Origin: a bacterium
Lineage (GTDB): Bacteria; Patescibacteriota; Saccharimonadia; CAILAD01; GCA-016700035
Reading direction: 5' to 3'
Length of the DNA stretch: 64,000 bases
NCBI GenBank assembly: GCA_016700035.1
Contig: CP064998.1
Span: 526,790 to 590,789, forward strand
The notes beneath the pieces are model-generated. The model ran no database searches. It had not been told where the DNA came from and saw only the letters and a list, made by a program, of their open reading frames with translations. How positions within the stretch are numbered: position 1 is the first letter of the stretch; the number at the start of each line of letters is the position of its first letter. This document shows, in pieces, positions 41,662-50,900 of this stretch. Made by a program: the position numbers and the translations under genes.

Positions 41662-42870
41662 CTACTCTTCCTCTTCTGCGTCAGTGGATACTGCGTCGTC
41701 GGTAACCGACGGACTATCCTCTTCAGTGCTTGGCTCAGCTGATGCTTCAGCCACAGCAATCATCTCATCTTCAAGGCTAGCCGAGCGTTTTTTATCGTTA
41801 TTCTCGGCAACTTCCGCCACACCTTCAATACCCGCATCATCAGCTCCATCGATATCAATATTCCAATCTGTCAGTTTAGCTGCCAATCGAACATTTTGAC
41901 CGGAGCGACCAATTGCTAGTGATAGCTGATCTTCTGGTACTTTTACAGCGGCTCGTTTTTCAGCTTCATCAATATCGACACTAATAATATTTTTAGCTGG
42001 CGAAAGTGCATTGGTGATATAGCGACGAATATCTTCATCAAATGGAATAATATCAATTTTTTCCTCACCAATATTAGCCATCACAGCCTGCACTCTGGTA
42101 CCACGACCACCAACAAACGTACCAACCGGATCCACACCGTCAACACTGCTCTTAACAGCAATCTTGGTGCGCGCACCAGCCTCGCGAGCAACATTAACAA
42201 TCTCAACATTACCAGCAGCGATTTCTGGTACTTCCATTTCAAATAGTCGACGAATCAAATTTGGGTGCGAACGACTCACTACAATCTGAGGGCCTTTAAG
42301 GGTATTCTCGACACGCACAACATACACCTTAAGGCGCTGGCCAGGATAATACCGCTCACCATGAATCTGCTCTGAAGCAAACATTATCCCAGAGGTACGC
42401 CCCAGATCAACAAAAACATTACCATGCTCAACCCGCTGAACTGAACCATTCATTATAGTGTCTTCTTTGTCCTGGTACTCGTTATACACCACCTCGCGCT
42501 CAGCTTCACGGATACGCTGGATAATTACCTGCTTAGCCGTCTGAGCAGCAACCCGACCAAACTCCTTGTTGATGTCTTCAATCTCAATAGTTTCACCAGC
42601 TTTAGCGGAACTACGTACCACTTGAGCATCGCCCACAGAAATCTCTAGATGAGGATTATCCACTGTATCGACAATTTCTTTTGTAACAAAAATACGTGGA
42701 TCACCGGTTGTAGGATCAACTTCCACTCGAACTTCCTGATCCTTATCACCAAAATCTTTTTTGTAGGCGGCTATTAGTGCCATCTCAATAGTCTCCATTA
42801 CGACATCTTTGGAGATGCCTTTTTCTTCACATATTTGCTCAATGGCTGAAATAAATTGGTTCTGTTGCAT
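41662..42870 (-). CDS. nusA: transcription termination/antitermination factor NusA with acidic C-terminal tail
   Basis: 402 aa with NusA N-domain, S1 and KH regions. No rimP upstream and no infB downstream. Confidence 0.88.
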   Translation of the reverse strand: MQQNQFISAIEQICEEKGISKDVVMETIEMALIAAYKKDFGDKDQEVRVEVDPTTGDPRIFVTKEIVDTVDNPHLEISVGDAQVVRSSAKAGETIEIEDINKEFGRVAAQTAKQVIIQRIREAEREVVYNEYQDKEDTIMNGSVQRVEHGNVFVDLGRTSGIMFASEQIHGERYYPGQRLKVYVVRVENTLKGPQIVVSRSHPNLIRRLFEMEVPEIAAGNVEIVNVAREAGARTKIAVKSSVDGVDPVGTFVGGRGTRVQAVMANIGEEKIDIIPFDEDIRRYITNALSPAKNIISVDIDEAEKRAAVKVPEDQLSLAIGRSGQNVRLAAKLTDWNIDIDGADDAGIEGVAEVAENNDKKRSASLEDEMIAVAEASAEPSTEEDSPSVTDDAVSTDAEEEE

Positions 42871-43046
42871 AATATTTTCCTTATTCTTATTCTACTAAGT
42901 CGTACCCGTGCTGTATGTAGTTTTTAATAAATTTTCTTTGAATCACCCCGACTGTTTTGGTCTCTTTGGTCTAAAAGCCGCTCGCTTTTAAAGTACCATA
43001 AGATACCAGCGACCGACTCTGACAACAGCATCGATGTATGCTCATC

Positions 43047-43076
43047 AGTATACCGGCCGACTATTAGCACTGTCAA
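43047..43076 (-). promoter_or_regulatory. candidate nusA promoter (about 170-nt leader)
   Basis: On the minus strand, TTGACA-18 nt-TATACT. The -35 lies in the loop of the hairpin after yraN. Confidence 0.35.
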
Positions 43077-43092
43077 GCGCTAAGTGCTAATA

Positions 43093-43452
43093 CTAACCAT
43101 CCTCCACGGCATTGGGATAATAAACACGTTTTTGACTTCTACCCGTTATCACTACGACATCTATACGAATATTTTGATCTGCCCGTTCAAAACCATTCTC
43201 CACTACCCACTGCATAATAGCATTGCGCAAACGGCATGCTTTTTGTGTCGAAATTGCTGCTTCTCCACCACCAAAGTTGGTATTTTTACGATATTTTACC
43301 TCTACCGCCACTATGCAGTCTCCATCTCGCATCACTAAGTCCAACTCATAAAAGCGAGTACGCGAATTAACAGCTAAGCACCTCATGCCTTGTTGCTGCA
43401 AAAACTCTAGCGCTAATTGCTCAGCATCGCTACCGATTGCCGTAGTATTCAT
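43093..43452 (-). CDS. yraN: YraN-family (UPF0102) endonuclease
   Basis: GELDLV and VEVKYRK motifs. 119 aa. It follows rnhB, a conserved pairing. Confidence 0.8.
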   Translation of the reverse strand: MNTTAIGSDAEQLALEFLQQQGMRCLAVNSRTRFYELDLVMRDGDCIVAVEVKYRKNTNFGGGEAAISTQKACRLRNAIMQWVVENGFERADQNIRIDVVVITGRSQKRVYYPNAVEDG

Positions 43453-44060
43453 GGCAAAATTTTCCTTAAAAAACTCCTGCGATGAATTGGTGTTATGCCA
43501 TACTCTCTAATCGAGGCTATATGCTTGGGTGTCCCATAACCCATATTCGTTTTAAAACCATACTCTGGATACTGCAGAGCATACTCACGCATGAGCTCAT
43601 CGCGCTCTACTTTTGCTAAAATTGATGCCGCAGCTATTGAGGCACATACCATATCTCCTTTTATAACCATTCTAGCCGGGGTAATACCTTGTAGAAAATT
43701 ATGTTTTCCATCAAGCAATATAAGGTCTGGGGCCTTATCAATTTTTTGCAATATCTTACGTACCGCCGTCTGGAGACTTTCCGTCACACCCCGCGCATCA
43801 ATAAACTTAGGTTCTATATGCTCTACCGCATAATATTCTGCACCAGCTCGGATCATAGTCGCTTTTTCGGTGCGCTGTTTGGCCGATAAAAGCTTAGAGT
43901 CTACCACTGGTTCTGCAAAACCTTCCGGTAAAATTACTAACCCCACGCTTATCGGCCCAGCTAGGGGTCCTCGCCCCACCTCATCCATGCCGGCAACAAC
44001 TGCAAATCCCTCAAGGTGTGCTGCCTCCTCCATTTCATACGTTGCCCACGTCCTTGCCAT
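43449..44060 (-). CDS. rnhB: ribonuclease HII
   Basis: DEVGRGPLAGP active-site motif. 203 aa. Confidence 0.9.
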   Translation of the reverse strand: MARTWATYEMEEAAHLEGFAVVAGMDEVGRGPLAGPISVGLVILPEGFAEPVVDSKLLSAKQRTEKATMIRAGAEYYAVEHIEPKFIDARGVTESLQTAVRKILQKIDKAPDLILLDGKHNFLQGITPARMVIKGDMVCASIAAASILAKVERDELMREYALQYPEYGFKTNMGYGTPKHIASIREYGITPIHRRSFLRKILP

Positions 44061-44097
44061 GTCTTTATAATACTACGAACAAAATACGAATAGCAAG

Positions 44098-44130
44098 GGT
44101 AAAAAATAAGCTCTGCTTTGTAGCAGAGCT
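44098..44130 (-). terminator. intrinsic terminator after paralog 1, before rnhB
   Basis: AGCTCTGCT-ttgt-AGCAGAGCT is a perfect 9-bp stem. On the minus strand UAUUUUUUAC follows. Confidence 0.65.
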
Positions 44131-44644
44131 AGAGACGATCTCGGAAGCGTTCAAGCACCCCAATCACCTCGACCAACGCATCATATCTCATCTCTCGTGG
44201 CCTACGTCCACCAGCCGATTTCCACATCAACTTCCCGTTTGAAAGCAAGTAGGAATTAGCTTTGATGTAGTCGTCATAATGTTGACTCCTCCATGTGCCA
44301 ATCACCCATGCTCCCCGCGTAACACTACGCCCATGATAGAATGGCACGAATTTCGGAGCAGACTCATAATCCGATACATGAGTCATATCTGGATACCCTT
44401 GCTCACTCAACTTTTGCAATATCTCACTAATTACTTGCTCGGTCCGAATAACAAGGGCGCTATGGAGCGCTCGATCATCGCTAGCTTTCTGTCGACGCTG
44501 TTGCTTTTGCTTAGCCTCAGCCTGCCTCTTAAGCCTGCGGGCAATCTCGTCTGCTTCGTTCATACAACCTCCAACGCTCAAGGTACGAGTACTAGAATAT
44601 TGCAACATAATATTAGAATATTCAAGCATAAGAAAAACCGTCAC
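44129..44644 (-). CDS. hypothetical protein, paralog 1 of tandem family (probable start 44563, MNEADE.., after GGAGG SD; about 144 aa)
   Basis: A basic Ala/Arg/Lys-rich N-terminus, then the blocks YPD, RGAW.IG and YLLSNG shared with the next two genes. A 9-bp-stem terminator lies at 44098-44130. Confidence 0.55.
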   Translation of the reverse strand: MTVFLMLEYSNIMLQYSSTRTLSVGGCMNEADEIARRLKRQAEAKQKQQRRQKASDDRALHSALVIRTEQVISEILQKLSEQGYPDMTHVSDYESAPKFVPFYHGRSVTRGAWVIGTWRSQHYDDYIKANSYLLSNGKLMWKSAGGRRPREMRYDALVEVIGVLERFRDRL

Positions 44645-44659
44645 ATTGGCGTGACGGTT
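44631..44659 (-). terminator. intrinsic terminator after paralog 2
   Basis: On the minus strand AACCGUCAC-gccaau-GUGACGGUU is followed by UUUUCUUAUGCUU. Confidence 0.6.
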
Positions 44660-44673
44660 GAGAGACCTCTCTA

Positions 44674-45156
44674 TTATGAATATCGACTAATGAGTGATTG
44701 TATGCCCAAAATAGCTGTGTCGATTCCTCCCGCAGGGAAATCCGCTACTGTAAACTTATCGTTATCTGACGCAAGGCTGCCAGTGCCCAATGCAAGCATG
44801 CCGGTACCCAATAGATAAACGACGACCTGTTGCGTACCATCAAGGAAGGGGCTTTCATAAGAGCCGAGCCTCCAGGCACCCCGAACAGCTTTTCGATTCC
44901 CAAGCAACCAAGAGTATTCCCTGACAGTCAGAGTAACCATCCCGGGGAAATCTCTAGCTTCCAACACTCTCAATGCCTGCGAGATCAACTGCGCAAGTTC
45001 TCGACGCCTGTCCTTAAGGTGCGTATTCGTGCGTGCATTTTGTGCTGCCTGTGCCCTCACATTCTGCCTTCGCCTCTCTGCTACTCTCTGCCGAGCAACA
45101 ATATCGGCCTTACTCCTACGTATCATGGTGTTCTCCAAGAAGAATAGTAGGTACAA
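44674..45156 (-). CDS. hypothetical protein, paralog 2 of tandem family (probable start 45126, MIRRSK.., GGAG SD; about 150 aa)
   Basis: Same architecture. It has a basic N-terminus, FPG, VRGAWRLGS and VVVYLLGTG blocks. The terminator is at 44631-44659. Confidence 0.55.
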   Translation of the reverse strand: MYLLFFLENTMIRRSKADIVARQRVAERRRQNVRAQAAQNARTNTHLKDRRRELAQLISQALRVLEARDFPGMVTLTVREYSWLLGNRKAVRGAWRLGSYESPFLDGTQQVVVYLLGTGMLALGTGSLASDNDKFTVADFPAGGIDTAILGIQSLISRYS

Positions 45157-45198
45157 GTAAGACTATTCTTTAATAAAGTTACAAAAATTTCAAGCTTA

Positions 45199-45226
45199 AG
45201 AAAAACCGCCACTATGATGTGGCGGT
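45199..45226 (-). terminator. intrinsic terminator after paralog 3 (near-duplicate of 44631-44659)
   Basis: On the minus strand ACCGCCAC-aucaua-GUGGCGGU is followed by UUUUUCUUAAGCUU. Confidence 0.6.
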
Positions 45227-45234
45227 AGTGCCCC

Positions 45235-45627
45235 CTACAAGAGCTCGGCGCGGAGTTTTCTCACACCATCCAGATAGCTTAGAGACACGAGACCAATCTT
45301 GTGGAATTTCAATTTCGTCCGATTCTCAACAATAGAGCCGTTAGAAAGCAAATATACCGGTATAGTGTACTCACCACCTCTCCCGCCATTCACATGACTA
45401 CTTATTTGCCAACCACCGCGAGTCACAGTGAATGAACAAAAATATACCTCGATAGGCCGAATACCTGGGTAATCTCGCTTTTTGAGCTCATAGAGCAAAC
45501 TTGATATCTCTACCCGAAGTAGCTCCCTAGACTGTCTCCCTTCTTGTCCGACGTTTCTTAGGCTAGCCCTCTCATCGGCCTTACCTTTTCGGACAATTGC
45601 CCGAGCCTTAGCATCTGCTCTACCCAT
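45235..45627 (-). CDS. hypothetical protein, paralog 3 of tandem family, 130 aa
   Basis: The same architecture with a basic N-terminus and YPG, TRGGWQIS and PVYLLSNGS blocks. A GGAG SD is present. The terminator is at 45199-45226. Confidence 0.55.
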   Translation of the reverse strand: MGRADAKARAIVRKGKADERASLRNVGQEGRQSRELLRVEISSLLYELKKRDYPGIRPIEVYFCSFTVTRGGWQISSHVNGGRGGEYTIPVYLLSNGSIVENRTKLKFHKIGLVSLSYLDGVRKLRAELL

Positions 45628-45746
45628 CTTGTATCTCCAATTTTTCTAGAAGAGGTACTAAAGTGCAAATACTATACAATATTTTATTAAAAAACACAAT
45701 AATAGCGCCCTAGAGCGCTACTGAATAATCATTAGAGTATGTAGAT

Positions 45747-46364
45747 TTAAGCTTCTTTGGCTTGCTGGCTGTCGTCTTCCGCGTTAGCCTTATCGAGTCC
45801 TGCTTGAGTTTCGGCAGCGGCCAAATCTTGCTCATTATCACCATCAGCTTGAGCGTCTTCTGCGTCAGCTTCTTTATTCTCTTCCTTTGCTAGTTCTTCT
45901 GTAGACTCCACCACGTCTTCATCGGTCATAGTTGGCTCTTCTTGAGCAAGCTTAGCTTCGGCTTCTGCTAGTTCAATCTCCCCAACTGTGCGATGATCAA
46001 CATCATTAGCAACCGCCTTATCAAACTCCTGCTCCACAAGTCGAGCCTTCTTACCGCGCAGGCCACGCATATAAGACAGAAAAGCTCGGCGCACTTTGGC
46101 TCGGCGCACAACTTCTATCTTCTCAATATTTGGCGAGTGAATAAACCAGCTCTTTTCTACGCCAACACCAGAAGCTATCTTACGCACCGTAAGGTAAGCA
46201 TTACCATCATTTGGCTTGCGATAACGAATAACCAACCCTTCAAAAACCTGCGTTCGAGTCTTACTACCTTCACGAATAATCTGATGAACACGTACGGTGT
46301 CACCCGATTGAATCTGGGCAATCTTAGCCTTAAGTTGGGGCTTTTGGAGAACATTTGCTTGCAT
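45747..46364 (-). CDS. rplS: 50S ribosomal protein L19 with about 90-aa acidic C-terminal extension
   Basis: The N-terminal 115 aa is L19-like (VRVHQIIREGSKTRTQVFEGLVI). The C-terminus is rich in Glu/Asp/Ala. A putative promoter (TTGTCT-17-TAGAAT) ends 9 nt before the ATG. Confidence 0.85.
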   Translation of the reverse strand: MQANVLQKPQLKAKIAQIQSGDTVRVHQIIREGSKTRTQVFEGLVIRYRKPNDGNAYLTVRKIASGVGVEKSWFIHSPNIEKIEVVRRAKVRRAFLSYMRGLRGKKARLVEQEFDKAVANDVDHRTVGEIELAEAEAKLAQEEPTMTDEDVVESTEELAKEENKEADAEDAQADGDNEQDLAAAETQAGLDKANAEDDSQQAKEA

Positions 46365-46373
46365 AACTTCAGT

Positions 46374-46402
46374 ATTCTATCAGATTTTCTCGGTCAAGAC
46401 AA
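46374..46402 (-). promoter_or_regulatory. candidate rplS promoter, leaderless configuration
   Basis: On the minus strand, TTGTCT-17 nt-TAGAAT, then 9 nt to the ATG. Confidence 0.45.
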
Positions 46403-46430
46403 GCCTAACCAGACCAAGGCATCGCAAATC

Positions 46431-46459
46431 TTGACTTATCCAATATTTTTAAGCATAAT
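46431..46459 (+). promoter_or_regulatory. candidate promoter of + strand two-gene cassette
   Basis: TTGACT-17 nt-CATAAT. It is divergent from the rplS promoter. Confidence 0.45.
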
Positions 46460-46499
46460 AACTGCCGAAATTGTACCTTCACCAGCGGGAGAATAGCTC

Positions 46500-46850
46500 A
46501 TGCTCGTAGAAGCAGTTAGAGTGATCGTGCACAGATACACCCGTGATGTATTCGACATGGAAGACGATGCCTTCATCATGGCTGGCGGTATCATTGACCA
46601 GCCGCAGATTGCCTATGAGGTGTTGCCAATCAAGGATGATCTTGACCGACATCTCACAATCGCCACGGCAAAAATGTGGACCTGCATTCATGGTGATCAG
46701 TTTCTGATCTGCAACTCTGGCTATCGGGCTATTGGTCTAGTTGACGATACCTTTGTTGTGGTGAGTGTGCAGGTTTACACCAATGGTGACTGGCTGCTAG
46801 CAGATAGTTTGCTGGCAGATAGTCATGGCCACCGAACCCTCGAGCGCTAA
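46500..46850 (+). CDS. hypothetical protein, 116 aa
   Basis: A promoter (TTGACT-17-CATAAT at 46431-46459) and a GGGAGA SD. GC is elevated. It is the first gene of a two-gene cassette. Confidence 0.5.
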   Translation: MLVEAVRVIVHRYTRDVFDMEDDAFIMAGGIIDQPQIAYEVLPIKDDLDRHLTIATAKMWTCIHGDQFLICNSGYRAIGLVDDTFVVVSVQVYTNGDWLLADSLLADSHGHRTLER

Positions 46851-46861
46851 GGAGCAAATAC

Positions 46862-47125
46862 ATGACCTCTGACCACCAAACTCCGCCAAATATCTGGCGG
46901 TTTCGAGACGGAGAGAGCTTTTTGGGGCACACTGTCTCTATGCGACTGGAGCAACAGCTGCCCGGAAGGATACCGCGAGTACGTCACTTCGTAACTTGTG
47001 ATGTGTGCCCAGACGAGCTGGAGCTGTACGGTCACTCTGATGACGACATCAAAGCCACCTGCCAACAGGCAGTCATCACGCACCACCTCAAGGTGCTCGC
47101 CATCCTGGCAATGACTTCCTGCTAG
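46862..47125 (+). CDS. hypothetical protein, 87 aa
   Basis: An AAGGAG SD 7 nt before the ATG and 12 nt after the upstream stop. A GC hairpin plus TTTTTATT terminator lies at about 47126-47170. Confidence 0.5.
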   Translation: MTSDHQTPPNIWRFRDGESFLGHTVSMRLEQQLPGRIPRVRHFVTCDVCPDELELYGHSDDDIKATCQQAVITHHLKVLAILAMTSC

Positions 47126-47174
47126 TCAGTAGTCACAAAACTACCCGCCACCAATTTCGGTAGCGGGCTTTTTA

Positions 47175-47897
47175 TTACAGTGAGTGAATCCAAAAACCAA
47201 TATTCTCATCTTCGGCATGCATCACTGCTTTAGCGATCCTCGTGACTACTCCTACTGCCACAGCCAGGTCATCATTCACGACAACATGTTGCCAAGTGCG
47301 TAGAATTTCCGGAATCTCCCAGCTAGATCGAGCCAGCTTCATTGCGATAATCTCCGGCGAATCACCGCGCTTTAGCAGTCGATCGGTGATGACTTCTTGC
47401 ATCTCAGCTACCACCAATTCGCGCGCATCATCACGCCCCACGAAACCTCGAAACAACTCTACCGGGCTGGCCGACTCCTCCAAAAAATCTGGGTGTGATG
47501 TATGCGGGGGTACAATGCCTACCAATGTAACCCGTGGAAAATCAACGCTCAGGCTACTCTTGCCAGCCAATTGCAGGGCGCCATTCACATCGATATCACG
47601 AATTTCAATGCCATCGGTATCAAGATCCACCTGCGAACCGTAGAGCCCACCTGTCCCATTCTGAGAATGTTCAACGATCTCACCACTGGAGCGTTTACTC
47701 ATAAACTCATCCATATCAACATAGTGATACTTCCAGCGCCCCAAAGCTTCATCCCAATCATCGGGCCGCCTCATTCGTGTTGTAGCCTTGGCGCCAACAC
47801 TCAGGTTCGGTAGTTGTACACAAACTTGGCGCAGAATACTATCCTTACCAACACCCTCTGGCCCCGAAAGGCAAATGATGTGAGCCGGCATACTCAT
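47175..47897 (-). CDS. guanylate kinase-family P-loop protein (divergent)
   Basis: A P-loop (LSGPEGVGKDS) and an ATTR block typical of Gmk. There are unusual insertions relative to canonical Gmk. 240 aa. Confidence 0.45.
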   Translation of the reverse strand: MSMPAHIICLSGPEGVGKDSILRQVCVQLPNLSVGAKATTRMRRPDDWDEALGRWKYHYVDMDEFMSKRSSGEIVEHSQNGTGGLYGSQVDLDTDGIEIRDIDVNGALQLAGKSSLSVDFPRVTLVGIVPPHTSHPDFLEESASPVELFRGFVGRDDARELVVAEMQEVITDRLLKRGDSPEIIAMKLARSSWEIPEILRTWQHVVVNDDLAVAVGVVTRIAKAVMHAEDENIGFWIHSL

Positions 47898-47958
47898 CTC
47901 CTAACTCGAAGGTACGATTATTTACGGATTGTACTGAATTTATACTAAAAAATACAGT

Positions 47959-50900
47959 TTACTCTACCTTAATGGCGTCTTCTGAAATTATTCCAGCTAG
48001 AGTCTGCTTAAGCTTTTCTGACACAGCAATCTTATAAGGTAAGCGAATTTTCTGGCCAGTTGATGAAAGTAAGAGTAGAGTTTCGGTCTCACCCGGTACA
48101 GACTGCAAAGTAGATTTTAATTGTAACAGTGCCGTCTGATCTTTGAGGTCTTTTAAAGTAATTATTATCCGATCAACAGATTGAGTGGTAGATGGATCAA
48201 CATCTGGCATTATTTTTTCCCCAGTGGCGATATAGTGCTTTAAAACGCTAGTGTCTAAACGCTTAGCTTTATCGGCCATCACCTTGACTTCTTCAGTGGT
48301 TTTGCCATCTCGATCCTTAGCGTTTACTTTCCCCTGAATAACCACCAGCATATCTTCCGCCCACAACTCCGGAGTTGCATCATAGGCTCGCGGAAATACA
48401 ATCACTTCCATATCGCCAGCAATAGTCTCGAGGCCAACAAAGGCCATGGCATCACCTTTTTTAGTAACAATTTTGCGTACCGTTGTAATAACCCCGCCAA
48501 CTACAACCTTCTCACCATCCATCTCTGGCTTAAGGCCGCTGGCTGGCGTGGTTTTTTCAGATAGCCAAGCGTCTACTTCACGCAGTGGATGACTGGAAAT
48601 ATACAGGCCGAGCAACTCTTTCTCCCATTGTAGAAATTCTCGCTCACCAATAATCTCGCCCGGAGCATCAAGTGGCAATGACGGCACCTCTTCGGATACC
48701 CCCAAGCTACCAAAAATATCAATCTGACCAGAGAGAGCATTCTTCTGTACCTTCGACATATAAACTACAATTTTTTCCAAATTAGCATACAACGTGGCAC
48801 GGTCACCAATTGAGTCAAAAGCTCCTACCTTCATTAAAGCTTCAATAGCCTTTTTGTTAATTTCACGCGCATCTACCCGGCGTACAAAATCCTCAATCGA
48901 GCTAAATGGACCGCCCTCATCACGAGCTACCAAAATGGCATTCACCGGGCCAACCCCAACATTTTTAATTGCCGCCAACCCAAATCGAATTACATCCTCA
49001 TCATTAACACCACCATTTTTAACTACAGCGAACTCGGCAAAACTTTCATTGATATCTGGTGGCAAAACCGGAATACCCATCTTACGACACTCCGATACTT
49101 CAATTGCCACACGATCTAGATTGCCATGATCGGAAGTTAAAACCGCTGCCATAAAGGCAGCTGGATAATGAGCCTTAAGATAAGCGGTTTGTACGGCAAT
49201 CAAAGCGTAACAGGCGGCATGACTCTTATTGAAGCAATAGGCTGCAAAATCTTCAATACTAGCCCACAGTTTCTCAACAAAATCACGCTCCGCACCAGAA
49301 TGTTTAATAGCCCCCTCGATAAAATCTTGCTTCATTTTAGCAATCACTTCAGGGATCTTCTTACCAATTCCTTTGCGCAACGTATCAGCCTGACCCCCAG
49401 TAAAACCACAGAGATCTTTAGATATCTGCATTACTTGTTCTTGATACACAATAATGCCATAGGTTTCTTTCAGAGCCGATTCCATTTTTGCATGATCATA
49501 GGCTATCCGTTCAGGATTATGCTTGCGGCTAATGAAATCGTCAATCCACTGCATCGGGCCGGGTCGATATAATGCCACCATAGCAATAATATCCTCAAAT
49601 CGATCTGGCTTAAGCTCGCGAATATAACGCTTCATGCCAGCCGATTCAAGCTGAAAAACCCCCGTCGTATCACCTCGCGCCAAAAGCTCATAGGTAGCCC
49701 TATCATCAATCGGGATACCCCCTACATCAATCGTCCGTCCATAAACTTTCTTGATGATGCGCAAAGCATTCTTAATAATTGTGAGGTTCGAAAGACCCAA
49801 GAAATCAAACTTTAAAAGCCCCAAATCTTCCACAGTGGTACCAATATACTGCGTTGACACACCCCCCTTAGAAGCCCTAGTGAGTGGCACATATTCCACC
49901 AGTGACTCGGGAGCAATCACTACCCCGGCAGCATGCGTGCCAGCATTACGAATCGTACCCTCCAACTGCATCGCAATATCAATTAGGCGCTTAGTACGCG
50001 GGTTCCCTTCATACTCCTTTTTTAGATCTGGGTCATCAACAATCGATTTCTTAAGCGGGATATGCCGACCCTGAATTGGCGCCGGTATAAGCTTAGCTAC
50101 TGCATCAACCTCACTGTATGGCATAGCGAGTACTCGGCCAGTATCACGCACCGCGTTACGAGCCGCCATCACGCCAAAAGTAATAATCTGTGCCACTTTC
50201 TCCTGGCCATATTTCTCAGTAGCATAAGCAATTACTTCCTCGCGACGGTCGTCGGCAAAATCCATATCAATATCAGGCATAGAGATTCGATCGGGGTTTA
50301 GAAACCGCTCAAACAGCAGGTCATATTTAATTGGATCAAGGTCAGTAATGTTTGTGACATAAGCCACAATCGAGCCAGCCGCCGAGCCACGCCCCGGCCC
50401 ACAAACAATACCATTATTTTTTGACCAGTTTAATAAATCGGCTACTATCAAAAAATAGCCATCATAGCCCATACGGGCAATCACCTCTAGCTCGTACTCA
50501 ATCCGCGCAACTATCTCTTTACTAAGCCTAGCCTTAGCTGACTTTTCGTTATGGTGGGTAATATCCTCCTTGGGAATATCACCATAGCGCCACATTGCTC
50601 CCTGATACACCAACTCGCGCAAATACTCTCGCTCACTACGACCCTCTGGTACATCAAATTTTGGAATCAAGATATTACCCAGCTCAATTTCTAGATTACA
50701 GCGCTCAGCAATCTTGACAGTGTTCTCGAGAGCTTCCAAATCATCCGGAAAACGCTCAGCTATTGATACTCCCGAATGAATCGACAAATCTTGATCCAAC
50801 TTAAAACGATTAGGGTCTTCAATAGTTGAGCCGGTTTGTACACATAGCAAAATATCGTGCGCATAATGCTGTTCTTCTTTGGAATAGTGCGCATCTCCAG

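Noticed and set aside
47175-47897. Confident call of guanylate kinase (gmk)
   Set aside because: The P-loop and ATTR block fit Gmk, but the guanine-binding segment is replaced by an atypical insertion (DDWDEALGRWKYHY). It is called only as Gmk-family at modest confidence.
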